The notes under the pieces: generated by a model
The model's input: only the letters and a program-made list of their open reading frames with translations
Told to the model about the DNA's origin: nothing
Databases searched by the model: none
Shown: one piece after another, positions 22,566-32,372 of the stretch
Layout: every line of letters starts with the position of its first letter
Position numbering within the stretch: the first letter of the stretch is position 1
Position numbers and translations under genes: made by a program
Source: Escherichia coli
GTDB lineage: Bacteria; Pseudomonadota; Gammaproteobacteria; Enterobacterales; Enterobacteriaceae
Strand: one strand, 5' to 3'
DNA: 64,000 nt
NCBI RefSeq assembly: GCF_036507355.1
Contig: NZ_AP027877.1

Positions 22566-23734
22566 TCACCGCAGGCGTGCAAAATAATATACCGGTGGTG
22601 ATCGGAACGGCCGGCGGTTCTGGTGCCGCTCCACACCTGGAGTGGTGCCGAGAAATAATTCATGAGATTGCCCAGGAAGAGCACCTCTCGTTCTCGATGG
22701 CGTTGATCCCGGCAGACGTTGACAAAGCCATCGTCCACCAGGCGCTGGATAACGGCAAAATCACGGCGCTGGATTTTGTCCCGCCGTTAACCCACGACGC
22801 GATTGACGAAAGTACGTATATCGTCGCGCAAATGGGCATCGAACCCTTCCAGCGGGCGCTAAAAGAAGGCGCGCAAGTGGTGCTGGGTGGGCGCGCTTAC
22901 GACCCGGCCTGCTTTGCTGCGCTACCGATCATGCAAGGCTTTGATGAAGGTCTGGCGCTGCATTGTGGGAAAATCCTTGAATGCGCGGCAATCGCCGCAA
23001 CGCCCGGCTCAGGCTCTGACTGTGCGATGGGCATCATTGATGACAACGGCTTTACGCTGAAGACATTTAATCCGAAGCGTAAATTTACCGAAACGTCAGC
23101 AGCTGCACACACACTGTATGAGAAATCCGATCCCTACTTCCTGCCAGGACCTGGCGGCGTGTTGAACCTGAAAGGCTGCACATTTAAAGCAGTCAATGAC
23201 GGCGAAGTCTACGTCAGCGGTTCTAAGCATGAAGAAACGCCGTATGCCCTGAAACTGGAAGGTGCACGACGGGTGGGCTTCCGCTGTCTGACCATCGCCG
23301 GAACGCGCGACCCGATTATGATCGCCGGGATCGATAAACTCATCGATGAAGTCAAAACCAGCGTTTCGCGTAACCTGTCGCTCGACGATGACAGCATTCG
23401 CATCAATTTCCACCTGTACGGCAAAAACGGGGTGATGGGAGACCATGAACCGATGCAAACTGCCGGGCATGAGCTGGGGATTGTTCTTGATGTAGTTGCA
23501 CCGACCCAGGAAATTGCCAATAGCGTTTGCTCGCTGGTGCGCTCTACCATGCTGCACTACGGCTATGAAAACCGCATCGCTACCGCAGGTAATCTGGCGT
23601 TCCCGTTCTCCCCTTCTGATATCCAGGGCGGGCCGGTATACGAATTTTCCATATATCACCTGATTGAAGCCAACGACGCTCTGCGTTTTGATTTCCATAT
23701 TGAACAGGTGACGCCAGAAGGAGTTCAGGCATGA
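22562..23734 (+). CDS. DUF1446 (AtuA-like) family protein, main part
   Basis: 390-aa ORF; combined with the upstream 66-aa ORF gives about 456 aa, the usual DUF1446 size; followed by its usual small DUF4387 partner. Confidence 0.65.
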   Translation: MITAGVQNNIPVVIGTAGGSGAAPHLEWCREIIHEIAQEEHLSFSMALIPADVDKAIVHQALDNGKITALDFVPPLTHDAIDESTYIVAQMGIEPFQRALKEGAQVVLGGRAYDPACFAALPIMQGFDEGLALHCGKILECAAIAATPGSGSDCAMGIIDDNGFTLKTFNPKRKFTETSAAAHTLYEKSDPYFLPGPGGVLNLKGCTFKAVNDGEVYVSGSKHEETPYALKLEGARRVGFRCLTIAGTRDPIMIAGIDKLIDEVKTSVSRNLSLDDDSIRINFHLYGKNGVMGDHEPMQTAGHELGIVLDVVAPTQEIANSVCSLVRSTMLHYGYENRIATAGNLAFPFSPSDIQGGPVYEFSIYHLIEANDALRFDFHIEQVTPEGVQA

Positions 23735-24048
23735 AACAGTCAATTGTCTCACTGGCGCAAGTCATTCGTTCGAAAAATGCCGGACCTTACGAACTGGTTT
23801 TAGATATTTTATTTAAAACGAAAGAAAACTATGAGCGAGTTAAATCATCAGGGCAATTAACCCCAGAACTGATTGCGCGCTTATATCATGTTGAACCTGA
23901 CTTTATTCATCGTATTGTCTGGTTTGATCCTTCTAACGCAGTAAAAATCGTCATGCCACGAGATATTATCTCCGGGAATGTAGGTGACAATGATGTCTAT
24001 GGTGCACAGCAACATGCACCTTTATTAAATATGAGTTTCGATTTGTAA
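23731..24048 (+). CDS. DUF4387 family small protein (partner of DUF1446/AtuA-like proteins)
   Basis: 105-aa ORF translationally coupled (ATGA overlap) to the DUF1446 ORF. Confidence 0.6.
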   Translation: MKQSIVSLAQVIRSKNAGPYELVLDILFKTKENYERVKSSGQLTPELIARLYHVEPDFIHRIVWFDPSNAVKIVMPRDIISGNVGDNDVYGAQQHAPLLNMSFDL

Positions 24049-24131
24049 AAATCCGAATACTTTTAGCCAACTGACATCCCGTCACTTATTGCAGTTCAAC
24101 ACTTCAGCTATTTGTAAGGTTGTAATAGCAG

Positions 24132-24163
24132 GTAGATGCCTGAATCTCTATTCAGGCATCTAC
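24132..24163 (+). terminator. strong stem-loop between the DUF4387 gene and the transporter gene (terminator or attenuator)
   Basis: perfect 14-bp inverted repeat gtagatgcctgaat/attcaggcatctac with 4-nt loop, followed by a T-rich stretch. Confidence 0.4.
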
Positions 24164-24208
24164 TTCTCCTGATTCTGATTTATCGCCGTGCACCTGATGG
24201 AGGAAAAA

Positions 24209-25489
24209 ATGAAGAAAATAAGTTTAACCACGATGATTCTTTTGGCGCTGGTACTTGGAATGATTATCGGCGTAGTGCTCAATAACACTGCTTCACCGGA
24301 AACAGCAAAACTCTATGCGCAAGAAATATCGATATTCACGACGATTTTCTTACGACTGATAAAAATGATTATCGCTCCGTTAGTGGTCTCTACCCTGGTG
24401 GTAGGTATTGCTAAAATGGGCGATGCCAAAGCCCTTGGTCGTATTTTTTCTAAAACACTCTTTTTATTTATTTGCGCCTCATTGCTGTCAATTGCCTTAG
24501 GCTTGATAACGGTAAATTTCTTCATGCCAGGCACAGGAATTAATTTTGTTGCACACGGTGCCGAAACCACAGGAGTGGTCGCGTCAGAACCCTTTACGCT
24601 AAAAGTATTTATTTCGCATGCTTTCCCCACCAGCATTGTCGATGCCATGGCGCACAATGAAATTTTGCAAATCGTGGTGTTCTCAATTTTCCTCGGCTGT
24701 AGCCTGACGGCGATTGGCGAGAAAGGCAGCGCCATCGTTCACGCCTTAGATTCGCTGGCACATGCCATGTTAAAGCTCACTGGCTACGTCATGCTCTTCG
24801 CTCCCCTGACCGTATTCGCCGCTATTTCAGCATTGATTGCTGAACGAGGACTGGCAGTTATGGTGAGCGCCGGGATCTTTATGGGTGAATTTTATTTCAC
24901 CATGTTATTACTTTGGGTGCTGCTTATCGGTCTGGCCATCGTTTATGTCGGCCCCTGCATCAGACGCCTGACCCGCGCCCTTTCGGAACCCGCCCTGCTG
25001 GCATTTACCACATCCAGTTCTGAAGCGGCTTTTCCGGGAACGCTTGAAAAACTGGAGCAATTTGGCGTTTCCCCCAAAATTGCCAGCTTTGTCTTACCCA
25101 TTGGCTACTCATTTAATCTCGTTGGATCAATGGCCTACTGCTCCTTCGCCACAGTTTTCATCGCCCAGGCCTGCAATATCCATTTATCCATCGGTGAGCA
25201 AATCACCATGCTGTTGATCCTGATGTTGACCTCGAAAGGAATGGCTGGCGTACCACGCGCCTCAATGGTGGTTATCGCCGCCACGCTCAACCAGTTCAAT
25301 ATTCCGGAAGCGGGGCTGATCTTGCTGATGGGCGTTGATCCGTTCCTTGATATGGGGCGTTCCGCGACAAACGTCATGAGCAACGCAATGGGCGCTGCGA
25401 TGGTGAGTCGGTGGGAAGGCGAACATTTCGGCGAGGGCTGTCGGGGTAAAGCATTAAAACCCAATGAATCGAACGTTGCTCTGCCCTGA
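24209..25489 (+). CDS. dicarboxylate/amino acid:cation symporter (DAACS family; glutamate/aspartate or C4-dicarboxylate transporter)
   Basis: polytopic membrane ORF with DAACS-like N-terminus; start chosen at MKKISL preceded by a GGAGGA ribosome-binding site (ORF track starts 21 nt earlier at 24188). Confidence 0.8.
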   Translation: MKKISLTTMILLALVLGMIIGVVLNNTASPETAKLYAQEISIFTTIFLRLIKMIIAPLVVSTLVVGIAKMGDAKALGRIFSKTLFLFICASLLSIALGLITVNFFMPGTGINFVAHGAETTGVVASEPFTLKVFISHAFPTSIVDAMAHNEILQIVVFSIFLGCSLTAIGEKGSAIVHALDSLAHAMLKLTGYVMLFAPLTVFAAISALIAERGLAVMVSAGIFMGEFYFTMLLLWVLLIGLAIVYVGPCIRRLTRALSEPALLAFTTSSSEAAFPGTLEKLEQFGVSPKIASFVLPIGYSFNLVGSMAYCSFATVFIAQACNIHLSIGEQITMLLILMLTSKGMAGVPRASMVVIAATLNQFNIPEAGLILLMGVDPFLDMGRSATNVMSNAMGAAMVSRWEGEHFGEGCRGKALKPNESNVALP

Positions 25490-25596
25490 GGGGGATCTTA
25501 AGCAATCAGAAGCCAATGACTACGCATTTTTATAAGCCGGATCATGAAGTTAGACGGCAATTAAGTAACACTAACGTTTAAGGTGAAAAGTGAAAT

Positions 25597-27249
25597 ATGT
25601 CCAAACCATTTATCTGGCAAGAACCGTTTCTACAAAATAAAGACGGTACAGAATATACATTAATTAGCGATCAACATATTACAGTAACGGAATTAGACGG
25701 CGAAGAAGTGATAAAAATCGCTCCTGAAGCATTAACGCTGCTTGCCCGGCAGGCATTTTATGAAGCCTCTTTTTTCTTACGTTCCGCTCATTTGCAACAG
25801 GTCGCCAGCATTCTTAACGATCAGCAGGCCAGCAGTAATGATAAATACGTTGCGTTGCAGTTATTACGTAATGCTGAAGTCTCAGCAAAAGGGGTATTAC
25901 CCAACTGTCAGGATACCGGCACCGCAACTATTGTTGCCAGTAAAGGGCAACAGATATGGACCGGAAGTAACGACGCCGAAGCTTTAAGTAAAGGCATTTA
26001 CAGTACTTTCCAGGAAAATAATCTGCGCTTTTCACAAAATGCGCCGCTGGATATGTATACCGAAGTCAATACGCAAACCAATCTCCCGGCGCAGATTGAT
26101 ATCAGCGCTGTCGCTGGTGATGAGTACCATTTTCTCTGTGTTAATAAAGGGGGCGGCTCCGCCAATAAAGCCGCGCTTTATCAGGAAACCAAATCCTTAT
26201 TGCAACCAGAAAAACTGACCGCATTTTTAATCGAAAAAATGAAATCGCTGGGCACCGCTGCCTGCCCGCCTTACCACATCGCCTTTGCCGTCGGAGGGCT
26301 TTCAGCCGATCAAACCTTAAAAGTTGCCAAGCTGGCCTCAACGAAATATTACGACAATTTGCCCACCAGCGGAAACGAGCAGGGACAAGCATTCCGTGAT
26401 ATTGAGCTGGAAAAAGCGTTGCTCGAGGCCAGTCAGCAATTTGGTATTGGTGCACAATTTGGGGGGAAATATTTCGCTCATGATATTCGCGTCATTCGTC
26501 TGCCGCGTCACGGTGGCTCTTGCCCGATAGCTATGGCGCTCTCCTGTTCTGCCGATCGCAATATCAAAGCAAAAATTAACAAACACGGTATCTGGCTAGA
26601 AAAACTCGAACACAATCCGGGGCAATATATTCCAGCCTCATTGCGGGAAGAAAATCACGCGCAACATGTACAACTGGATCTAAACCGTCCGTTGCGTGAC
26701 GTGATGCTGGATCTCGCCAGATTACCGGTAGGTACCCGCGTGTCGTTAAGTGGTCCCATCGTAGTGGCGCGCGATATCGCCCACGCCAAAATAAAAGCGC
26801 GGCTGGATAGCGGCGAATCGATGCCGGAGTACCTGAAGCATCATATTGTCTATTACGCTGGCCCGGCGAAAACACCGGAGAACATGGCCTGCGGTTCACT
26901 GGGTCCAACCACGGGCGGTCGAATGGATGGTTATGTCGATACCTTCCAGGCGGCCGGCGGCAGTCTGGTGATGTTATCGAAAGGTAACCGCAGCCAGCAG
27001 GTCACCGATGCCTGTCACAAACATGGCGGCTTCAATCTGGGAAGTATTGGCGGTGCAGCTGCGTTACTGGCGCAAGAATATGTCAAAAGTCTGCGTTGCC
27101 TGGAATACCCGGAGCTGGGTATGGAAGCGGTGTGGATGATGGAAGTGGAAAATCTGCCCGCATTCATCCTGGTAGATGATAAAGGCAATAATTTCTTTAG
27201 TCAGTTTGAGCAGCAACACCGCTGCGCCAGTTGCCCTGCGGGACATTAA
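25597..27249 (+). CDS. fumD: class I (Fe-S) fumarate hydratase homologue, mesaconase/fumarase FumD type
   Basis: 550-aa ORF collinear with E. coli FumA ([40 protein letters not shown]); clustered with glutamate mutase and methylaspartase as described for fumD. Confidence 0.85.
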   Translation: MSKPFIWQEPFLQNKDGTEYTLISDQHITVTELDGEEVIKIAPEALTLLARQAFYEASFFLRSAHLQQVASILNDQQASSNDKYVALQLLRNAEVSAKGVLPNCQDTGTATIVASKGQQIWTGSNDAEALSKGIYSTFQENNLRFSQNAPLDMYTEVNTQTNLPAQIDISAVAGDEYHFLCVNKGGGSANKAALYQETKSLLQPEKLTAFLIEKMKSLGTAACPPYHIAFAVGGLSADQTLKVAKLASTKYYDNLPTSGNEQGQAFRDIELEKALLEASQQFGIGAQFGGKYFAHDIRVIRLPRHGGSCPIAMALSCSADRNIKAKINKHGIWLEKLEHNPGQYIPASLREENHAQHVQLDLNRPLRDVMLDLARLPVGTRVSLSGPIVVARDIAHAKIKARLDSGESMPEYLKHHIVYYAGPAKTPENMACGSLGPTTGGRMDGYVDTFQAAGGSLVMLSKGNRSQQVTDACHKHGGFNLGSIGGAAALLAQEYVKSLRCLEYPELGMEAVWMMEVENLPAFILVDDKGNNFFSQFEQQHRCASCPAGH

Positions 27250-27258
27250 GGAAAATGA

Positions 27259-27861
27259 ATGGAAGCGCGAATTTCAACTGAACGGCATGTGCAGCGCCAA
27301 CAGAAATTGAAGGAACAGGTCGATACGCGCGTCGCGGCGGCGATAGAGAAAAAAGGGATCTTGATTGTTTTCACCGGCAACGGCAAAGGGAAATCCACTG
27401 CCGCGTTTGGTACTGTGACGCGCGCGGTGGGTCATGGCAAAACGGTGGGGGTTGCGCAGTACATCAAGGGGCAATGGGACAACGGCGAATACAACCTTCT
27501 CCAGCCGCTGGGGGTTGAGTTTCATATTATGGGAACCGGTTTTACCTGGGAGACACAGAACCGGCAAGCGGATATCGACGCGGCGAAAGAGGTCTGGTCG
27601 GAAAGCAAACGGATGCTGGCTGACAAGCGTTACGACTTAGTGGTGCTTGATGAGCTGACCTATATGCTGGCTTACCATTATTTGGATACCGAAGAAGTGA
27701 TCGCTTCTCTGCAAAACCGCCCGGCACAACAAAGTGTCATTGTCACCGGACGCGGTTGCCACAGTCAGATATTAAAAATGGCGGATACGGTAAGCGAAAT
27801 CCGCCCCGTCAAACATGCTTTTGATAACGGCATTCAGGCCCAGCCGGGTATAGACTGGTAA
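27259..27861 (+). CDS. cob(I)yrinic acid a,c-diamide / cob(I)alamin adenosyltransferase (BtuR/CobA family)
   Basis: 200-aa ORF with P-loop GNGKGKSTAAFG and high overall similarity to E. coli BtuR. Confidence 0.85.
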   Translation: MEARISTERHVQRQQKLKEQVDTRVAAAIEKKGILIVFTGNGKGKSTAAFGTVTRAVGHGKTVGVAQYIKGQWDNGEYNLLQPLGVEFHIMGTGFTWETQNRQADIDAAKEVWSESKRMLADKRYDLVVLDELTYMLAYHYLDTEEVIASLQNRPAQQSVIVTGRGCHSQILKMADTVSEIRPVKHAFDNGIQAQPGIDW

Positions 27862-27864
27862 TAA

Positions 27865-27897
27865 CTGCGCCTGGCATCCCGCCAGGCGCAGGTTTTA
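27865..27897. terminator. bidirectional intrinsic terminator between the adenosyltransferase gene and the convergent LysR gene
   Basis: ctgcgcctggc-atcc-gccaggcgcag hairpin followed by gtttta. Confidence 0.6.
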
Positions 27898-28557
27898 CAT
27901 CTCCTGCGGTACGACCGATTTCGCCAGCAACCATTCACGAAATTGCTGCAAGTGCGGTGAGTCAGACTTCTCTTCCTGCCACGTCATAATAAAACGATTA
28001 CCGGTACGAATAGGCACATCACAGGGAATCACCATATCGCCACTATCCAAATCATGTTGAATAGCGAAACGTGGTAACAGCGCCACGCCGAGATTAGAGC
28101 GCACGGCGGCAATCAGCATTGAAAGCAAATCGAAACGTGGTCCGTTATTGACCAACGGACTGCTAACGCCAGATAAAGCAAACCACTCTTCCCAGCCAGT
28201 AATACGGGTGCTTTGATGCAGAAGCGGTAACTCAGTAAGCAGTTCTGCCACTGACAGCTTTTGATCGGACATTGCAAGCAAACTGCCGCTGCATACCGGC
28301 AAAATCTCCTCATCAAAGAGATATTCTACTTCCGCCCAGGGCGCGCAAAAATTTTCGCGCATAATGACAGCATCGTACTCCCGATTAAGAAAATCGCCGT
28401 TATTAGCTAAAGAATGAATATTAACAATAATATCGGGATGTAACTTTGTGAATTCATGTAAATTTGGGATCAACCAGTGGGTACTAAAAGTAGGATTAAC
28501 GGCAAGTTCAATAACCTGAACCGTAGGCTGCCAGGTCATAATGGTATTGGTATCGCG
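27895..28557 (-). pseudogene. LysR-family transcriptional regulator, C-terminal effector-domain portion (gene interrupted by IS1)
   Basis: 214-aa ORF from an internal Met; reading frame continues upstream (RDTNTI) to the IS1 junction. Confidence 0.8.
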
Positions 28558-28612
28558 GGTGATGCTGCCAACTTACTGATTTAGTGTATGATGGTGTTTT
28601 TGAGGTGCTCCA

Positions 28613-28888
28613 GTGGCTTCTGTTTCTATCAGCTGTCCCTCCTGTTCAGCTACTGACGGGGTGGTGCGTAACGGCAAAAGCACCGCCGGACATCAGCGCT
28701 ATCTCTGCTCTCACTGCCGTAAAACATGGCAACTGCAGTTCACTTACACCGCTTCTCAACCCGGTACGCACCAGAAAATCATTGATATGGCCATGAATGG
28801 CGTTGGATGCCGGGCAACAGCCCGCATTATGGGCGTTGGCCTCAACACGATTTTACGTCACTTAAAAAACTCAGGCCGCAGTCGGTAA
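28613..28888 (+). CDS. insA: IS1 protein InsA
   Basis: 91-aa [46 protein letters not shown]... identical in character to IS1 InsA. Confidence 0.95.
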
Positions 28889-29310
28889 CCTCGCGCATAC
28901 AGCCGGGCAGTGACGTCATCGTCTGCGCGGAAATGGACGAACAGTGGGGCTATGTCGGGGCTAAATCGCGCCAGCGCTGGCTGTTTTACGCGTATGACAG
29001 GCTCCGGAAGACGGTTGTTGCGCACGTATTCGGTGAACGCACGATGGCGACGCTGGGGCGTCTTATGAGCCTGCTGTCACCCTTTGACGTGGTGATATGG
29101 ATGACGGATGGCTGGCCGCTGTATGAATCCCGCCTGAAGGGAAAGCTGCACGTAATCAGCAAGCGATATACGCAGCGAATTGAGCGGCATAACCTGAATC
29201 TGAGGCAGCACCTGGCACGGCTGGGACGGAAGTCGCTGTCGTTCTCAAAATCGGTGGAGCTGCATGACAAAGTCATCGGGCATTATCTGAACATAAAACA
29301 CTATCAATAA
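28807..29310 (+). CDS. insB: IS1 transposase InsB frame (expressed as InsAB' by -1 frameshifting)
   Basis: 167-aa ORF in the -1 frame overlapping the insA 3' end, typical IS1 organisation. Confidence 0.9.
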
Positions 29311-29325
29311 GTTGGAGTCATTACC

Positions 29326-29577
29326 GGTATCGCGTTCCAGCTTATTTAATGTTTCTTTTACTATCCCCAGGTAATACTTCCCAGCATCATTAAGAAAAAT
29401 GCGTTTTTTAGAGTGTGAAAATAACGGAGTACGTAAAAATTCCTCCAGCGCACTTACTTGTCTGAATACTGCACTTTGGGTTAACGCTAACTCCTCTGCC
29501 GCTCTGGTATAACTTTCATGACGTGCGACGACCTCAAAAGTCACCAGCAGTTCCGTTTTAGGTATTTTCCCTCGCAT
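29326..29577 (-). pseudogene. LysR-family transcriptional regulator, N-terminal HTH portion (gene interrupted by IS1)
   Basis: MRGKIPKTELLVTFEVVARHESYTRAAEELALTQSAVFRQVSALEEFLRTPLF... is a LysR-type HTH; the frame runs into IS1 after ...KLERDT. Confidence 0.8.
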
Positions 29578-30243
29578 AATGCCGTCCCTTAAAAATAGTT
29601 TAAACCATCAAAAATACATTACTTATTACGAAGTAATGGTAACCAAAGCAGCAATAAATAATTTATAAGAATCATGATTGACATTTATAAACCAGTAAGC
29701 CTGGCGTGACAAATATCTTAATCAGATAATAATAATCCGAAAAGCACAGCGCCTTTCGAATTATCCGGAATCACATTAAGTGAAAATTATTAAATTGATA
29801 TCATTTATCATATCTGTGGATATTATGATAAACAATCAACAAAGATTTTATTTTTGATTTATAGCATATCCCTCTAAGAATTTTTGCGATGCTGCAATAT
29901 CCGGGGTAAAGACCCGATCCTGGCTGACAAATGGCACGACTTGACGAAAAGCGGTGAACATCGCTTTTGTTGATTTACTTAACGCTACGGTCAAACGCTG
30001 GGAAGCCAGTGCATCAGGTAACGATTCGAAATTCGCCGTCGTTCTTATTCGTGGCTTGCGGTCGGTTGCGGCAATCCACAGTGGCTGTGGTCATGCAGTC
30101 AAGCCTGCAGTCAGATTTCGACCGTGGTTAACCGTTTAAGGCATAAAAAAGGCCATCATACGATGGCCAACCATGTCGAAACCGACAGCCCTTCGCCATT
30201 CCTGTAGAGGGAAGCGGCGAGGGCTATTTCTTATTACAGATAT

Positions 30244-31113
30244 TTATTTCAGAACAGTTTTCAGTGCTTCACCGATATCCGCCAGGCTGCGAACGGTTTT
30301 CACGCCTGCGGCTTCCAGAGCAGCGAATTTCTCATCCGCAGTCCCTTTCCCACCGGCAATGATGGCACCCGCGTGGCCCATACGTTTGCCTTTCGGCGCA
30401 GTCACACCAGCGATGTAACCCACAACTGGCTTGGTAACGTGCTCTTTGATGTACGCAGCTGCTTCTTCTTCAGCGCTACCGCCGATCTCACCGATCATCA
30501 CGATCGCTTCGGTCTGCGGATCTTTTTCGAACATTTCGAGAATGTCGATAAAGTTAGAGCCAGGGATCGGGTCACCGCCGATACCGACACAGGTCGACTG
30601 ACCGAAACCGTAATCCGTGGTCTGTTTAACCGCTTCATAGGTCAGTGTACCGGAACGGGAAACGATACCCACTTTACCCGGTTTGTGAATGTGACCCGGT
30701 TGGATACCAATTTTGCATTCACCCGGGGTGATAACGCCTGGGCAGTTCGGGCCGATCATACGAACGCCGGCTTCATCCAGTTTCACTTTCACAGTCAGCA
30801 TATCCAGCGTCGGGATGCCTTCAGTGATGGTGATAATCAGTTTGATGCCTGCGTCGATGGCTTCCAGAATGGAGTCTTTGCAGAACGGTGCTGGTACGTA
30901 GATAACAGAAGCGGTAGCGCCAGTAGCAGCAACAGCTTCACGCACGGTGTTGAACACCGGCAGGCCGAGGTGGGTAGTACCGCCTTTACCTGGAGTTACG
31001 CCACCAACCATTTTGGTGCCGTATGCAATGGCCTGTTCAGAGTGGAAAGTCCCCTGGCTACCGGTAAAGCCCTGGCAGATAACCTTGGTGTTTTTATCAA
31101 TTAAAATGGACAT
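30244..31113 (-). CDS. sucD: succinyl-CoA synthetase alpha subunit
   Basis: 289-aa ORF matching SucD. Confidence 0.97.
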
Positions 31114-32279
31114 TATTTCCCCTCCACTGCGGCAACAACCTGCTGAGCTGCATCCGTCAGACCTTTTGCTGCAATAATATTCAGGCCGCTGTCAGCCAGT
31201 TTCTTCGCGCCGAGTTCGGCGTTGTTACCTTCCAGACGTACCACGACCGGTACGTTAACACCCACTTCCGCTACCGCGCCGATGATACCGTCAGCGATCA
31301 GATCGCAACGAACGATACCGCCGAAGATGTTAACCAGAACGGCTTTCACTTTGTCGTCAGAGAGGATGATTTTGAACGCTTCGGTTACACGTTCTTTGGT
31401 TGCGCCGCCGCCAACGTCCAGGAAGTTAGCCGGTTCTCCGCCGTGCAGTTTAACGATGTCCATCGTACCCATCGCCAGACCTGCGCCGTTAACCATACAA
31501 CCGATGTTACCGTCCAGCGCAACGTAGTTCAGTTCCCACTGTGCAGCCTGTGCTTCACGTGGATCTTCCTGCGACTGGTCACGCATTTCGCGCAGATCAG
31601 GCTGGCGGAACAGGGCGTTGCCATCAGCGCCCAGTTTGCCGTCGAGGCAAATCAGATCACCCTGTTTGGTGATGACCAGCGGGTTGATTTCGATCAACGC
31701 CAGGTCGCGCTCCAGGAAAATGGTCGCCAGGCCCATGAAGATTTTGGTGAACTGCTGAACCAGTTTACCTTCCAGACCCAGTTTGAACGCCAGCTCGCGT
31801 CCCTGATACGGCATCGGGCCAGTCAGCGGATCAAGCGCAACTTTGTGGATCAGGTGCGGAGTTTCTTCCGCCACTTTTTCGATTTCCACGCCGCCTTCGG
31901 TAGAGGCCATAAAGACCACGCGACGTGAACTACGGTCTACAACGGCACCGAGATACAGCTCTTTAGCGATATCGGTCGCCGCTTCAACCAGAATCTGGTT
32001 AACCGGTTGGCCATTGGCATCTGTTTGATACGTTACCAGACGCTTGCCCAGCCAGTTTTCTGCAAAAGCACGGATGTCTTCTTTACTGTTTACAACTTTC
32101 ACACCGCCCGCTTTACCGCGGCCACCAGCGTGAACCTGACATTTCACTACCCACGGACCGGCACCGATTTTTGAAGCGGCTTCTTCTGCTTCGCGCGGAG
32201 TAGTACAGGCATAACCCACCGGTGCTGGTAAGCCATAGCGGGCAAAAAGTTGTTTTGCCTGATATTCATGTAAGTTCAT
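31113..32279 (-). CDS. sucC: succinyl-CoA synthetase beta subunit
   Basis: 388-aa [23 protein letters not shown]... Confidence 0.97.
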
Positions 32280-32372
32280 GTGTTCTGTCCATCCTTCAGT
32301 AATCGTTATCTTTTAAACCGTAGACCGACACCCTATCCACGTCGGTCTACAGTGCAGGTGAAACTTAAACTA

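Larger units (their letters stand above)
28558..29325 (+). mobile_element. IS1 insertion sequence (768 bp) with 9-bp target-site duplication GGTATCGCG
   Basis: ends ggtgatgctgccaacttactgat ... aagttggagtcattacc match IS1; InsA and InsB ORFs inside; identical 9-bp direct repeats at 28549-28557 and 29326-29334. Confidence 0.95.

Noticed and set aside
29954-30139. 61-aa plus-strand ORF between the LysR gene and sucD
   Set aside because: No ribosome-binding site, no recognisable family, ends in the sucD terminator hairpin; more likely non-coding remnant DNA.
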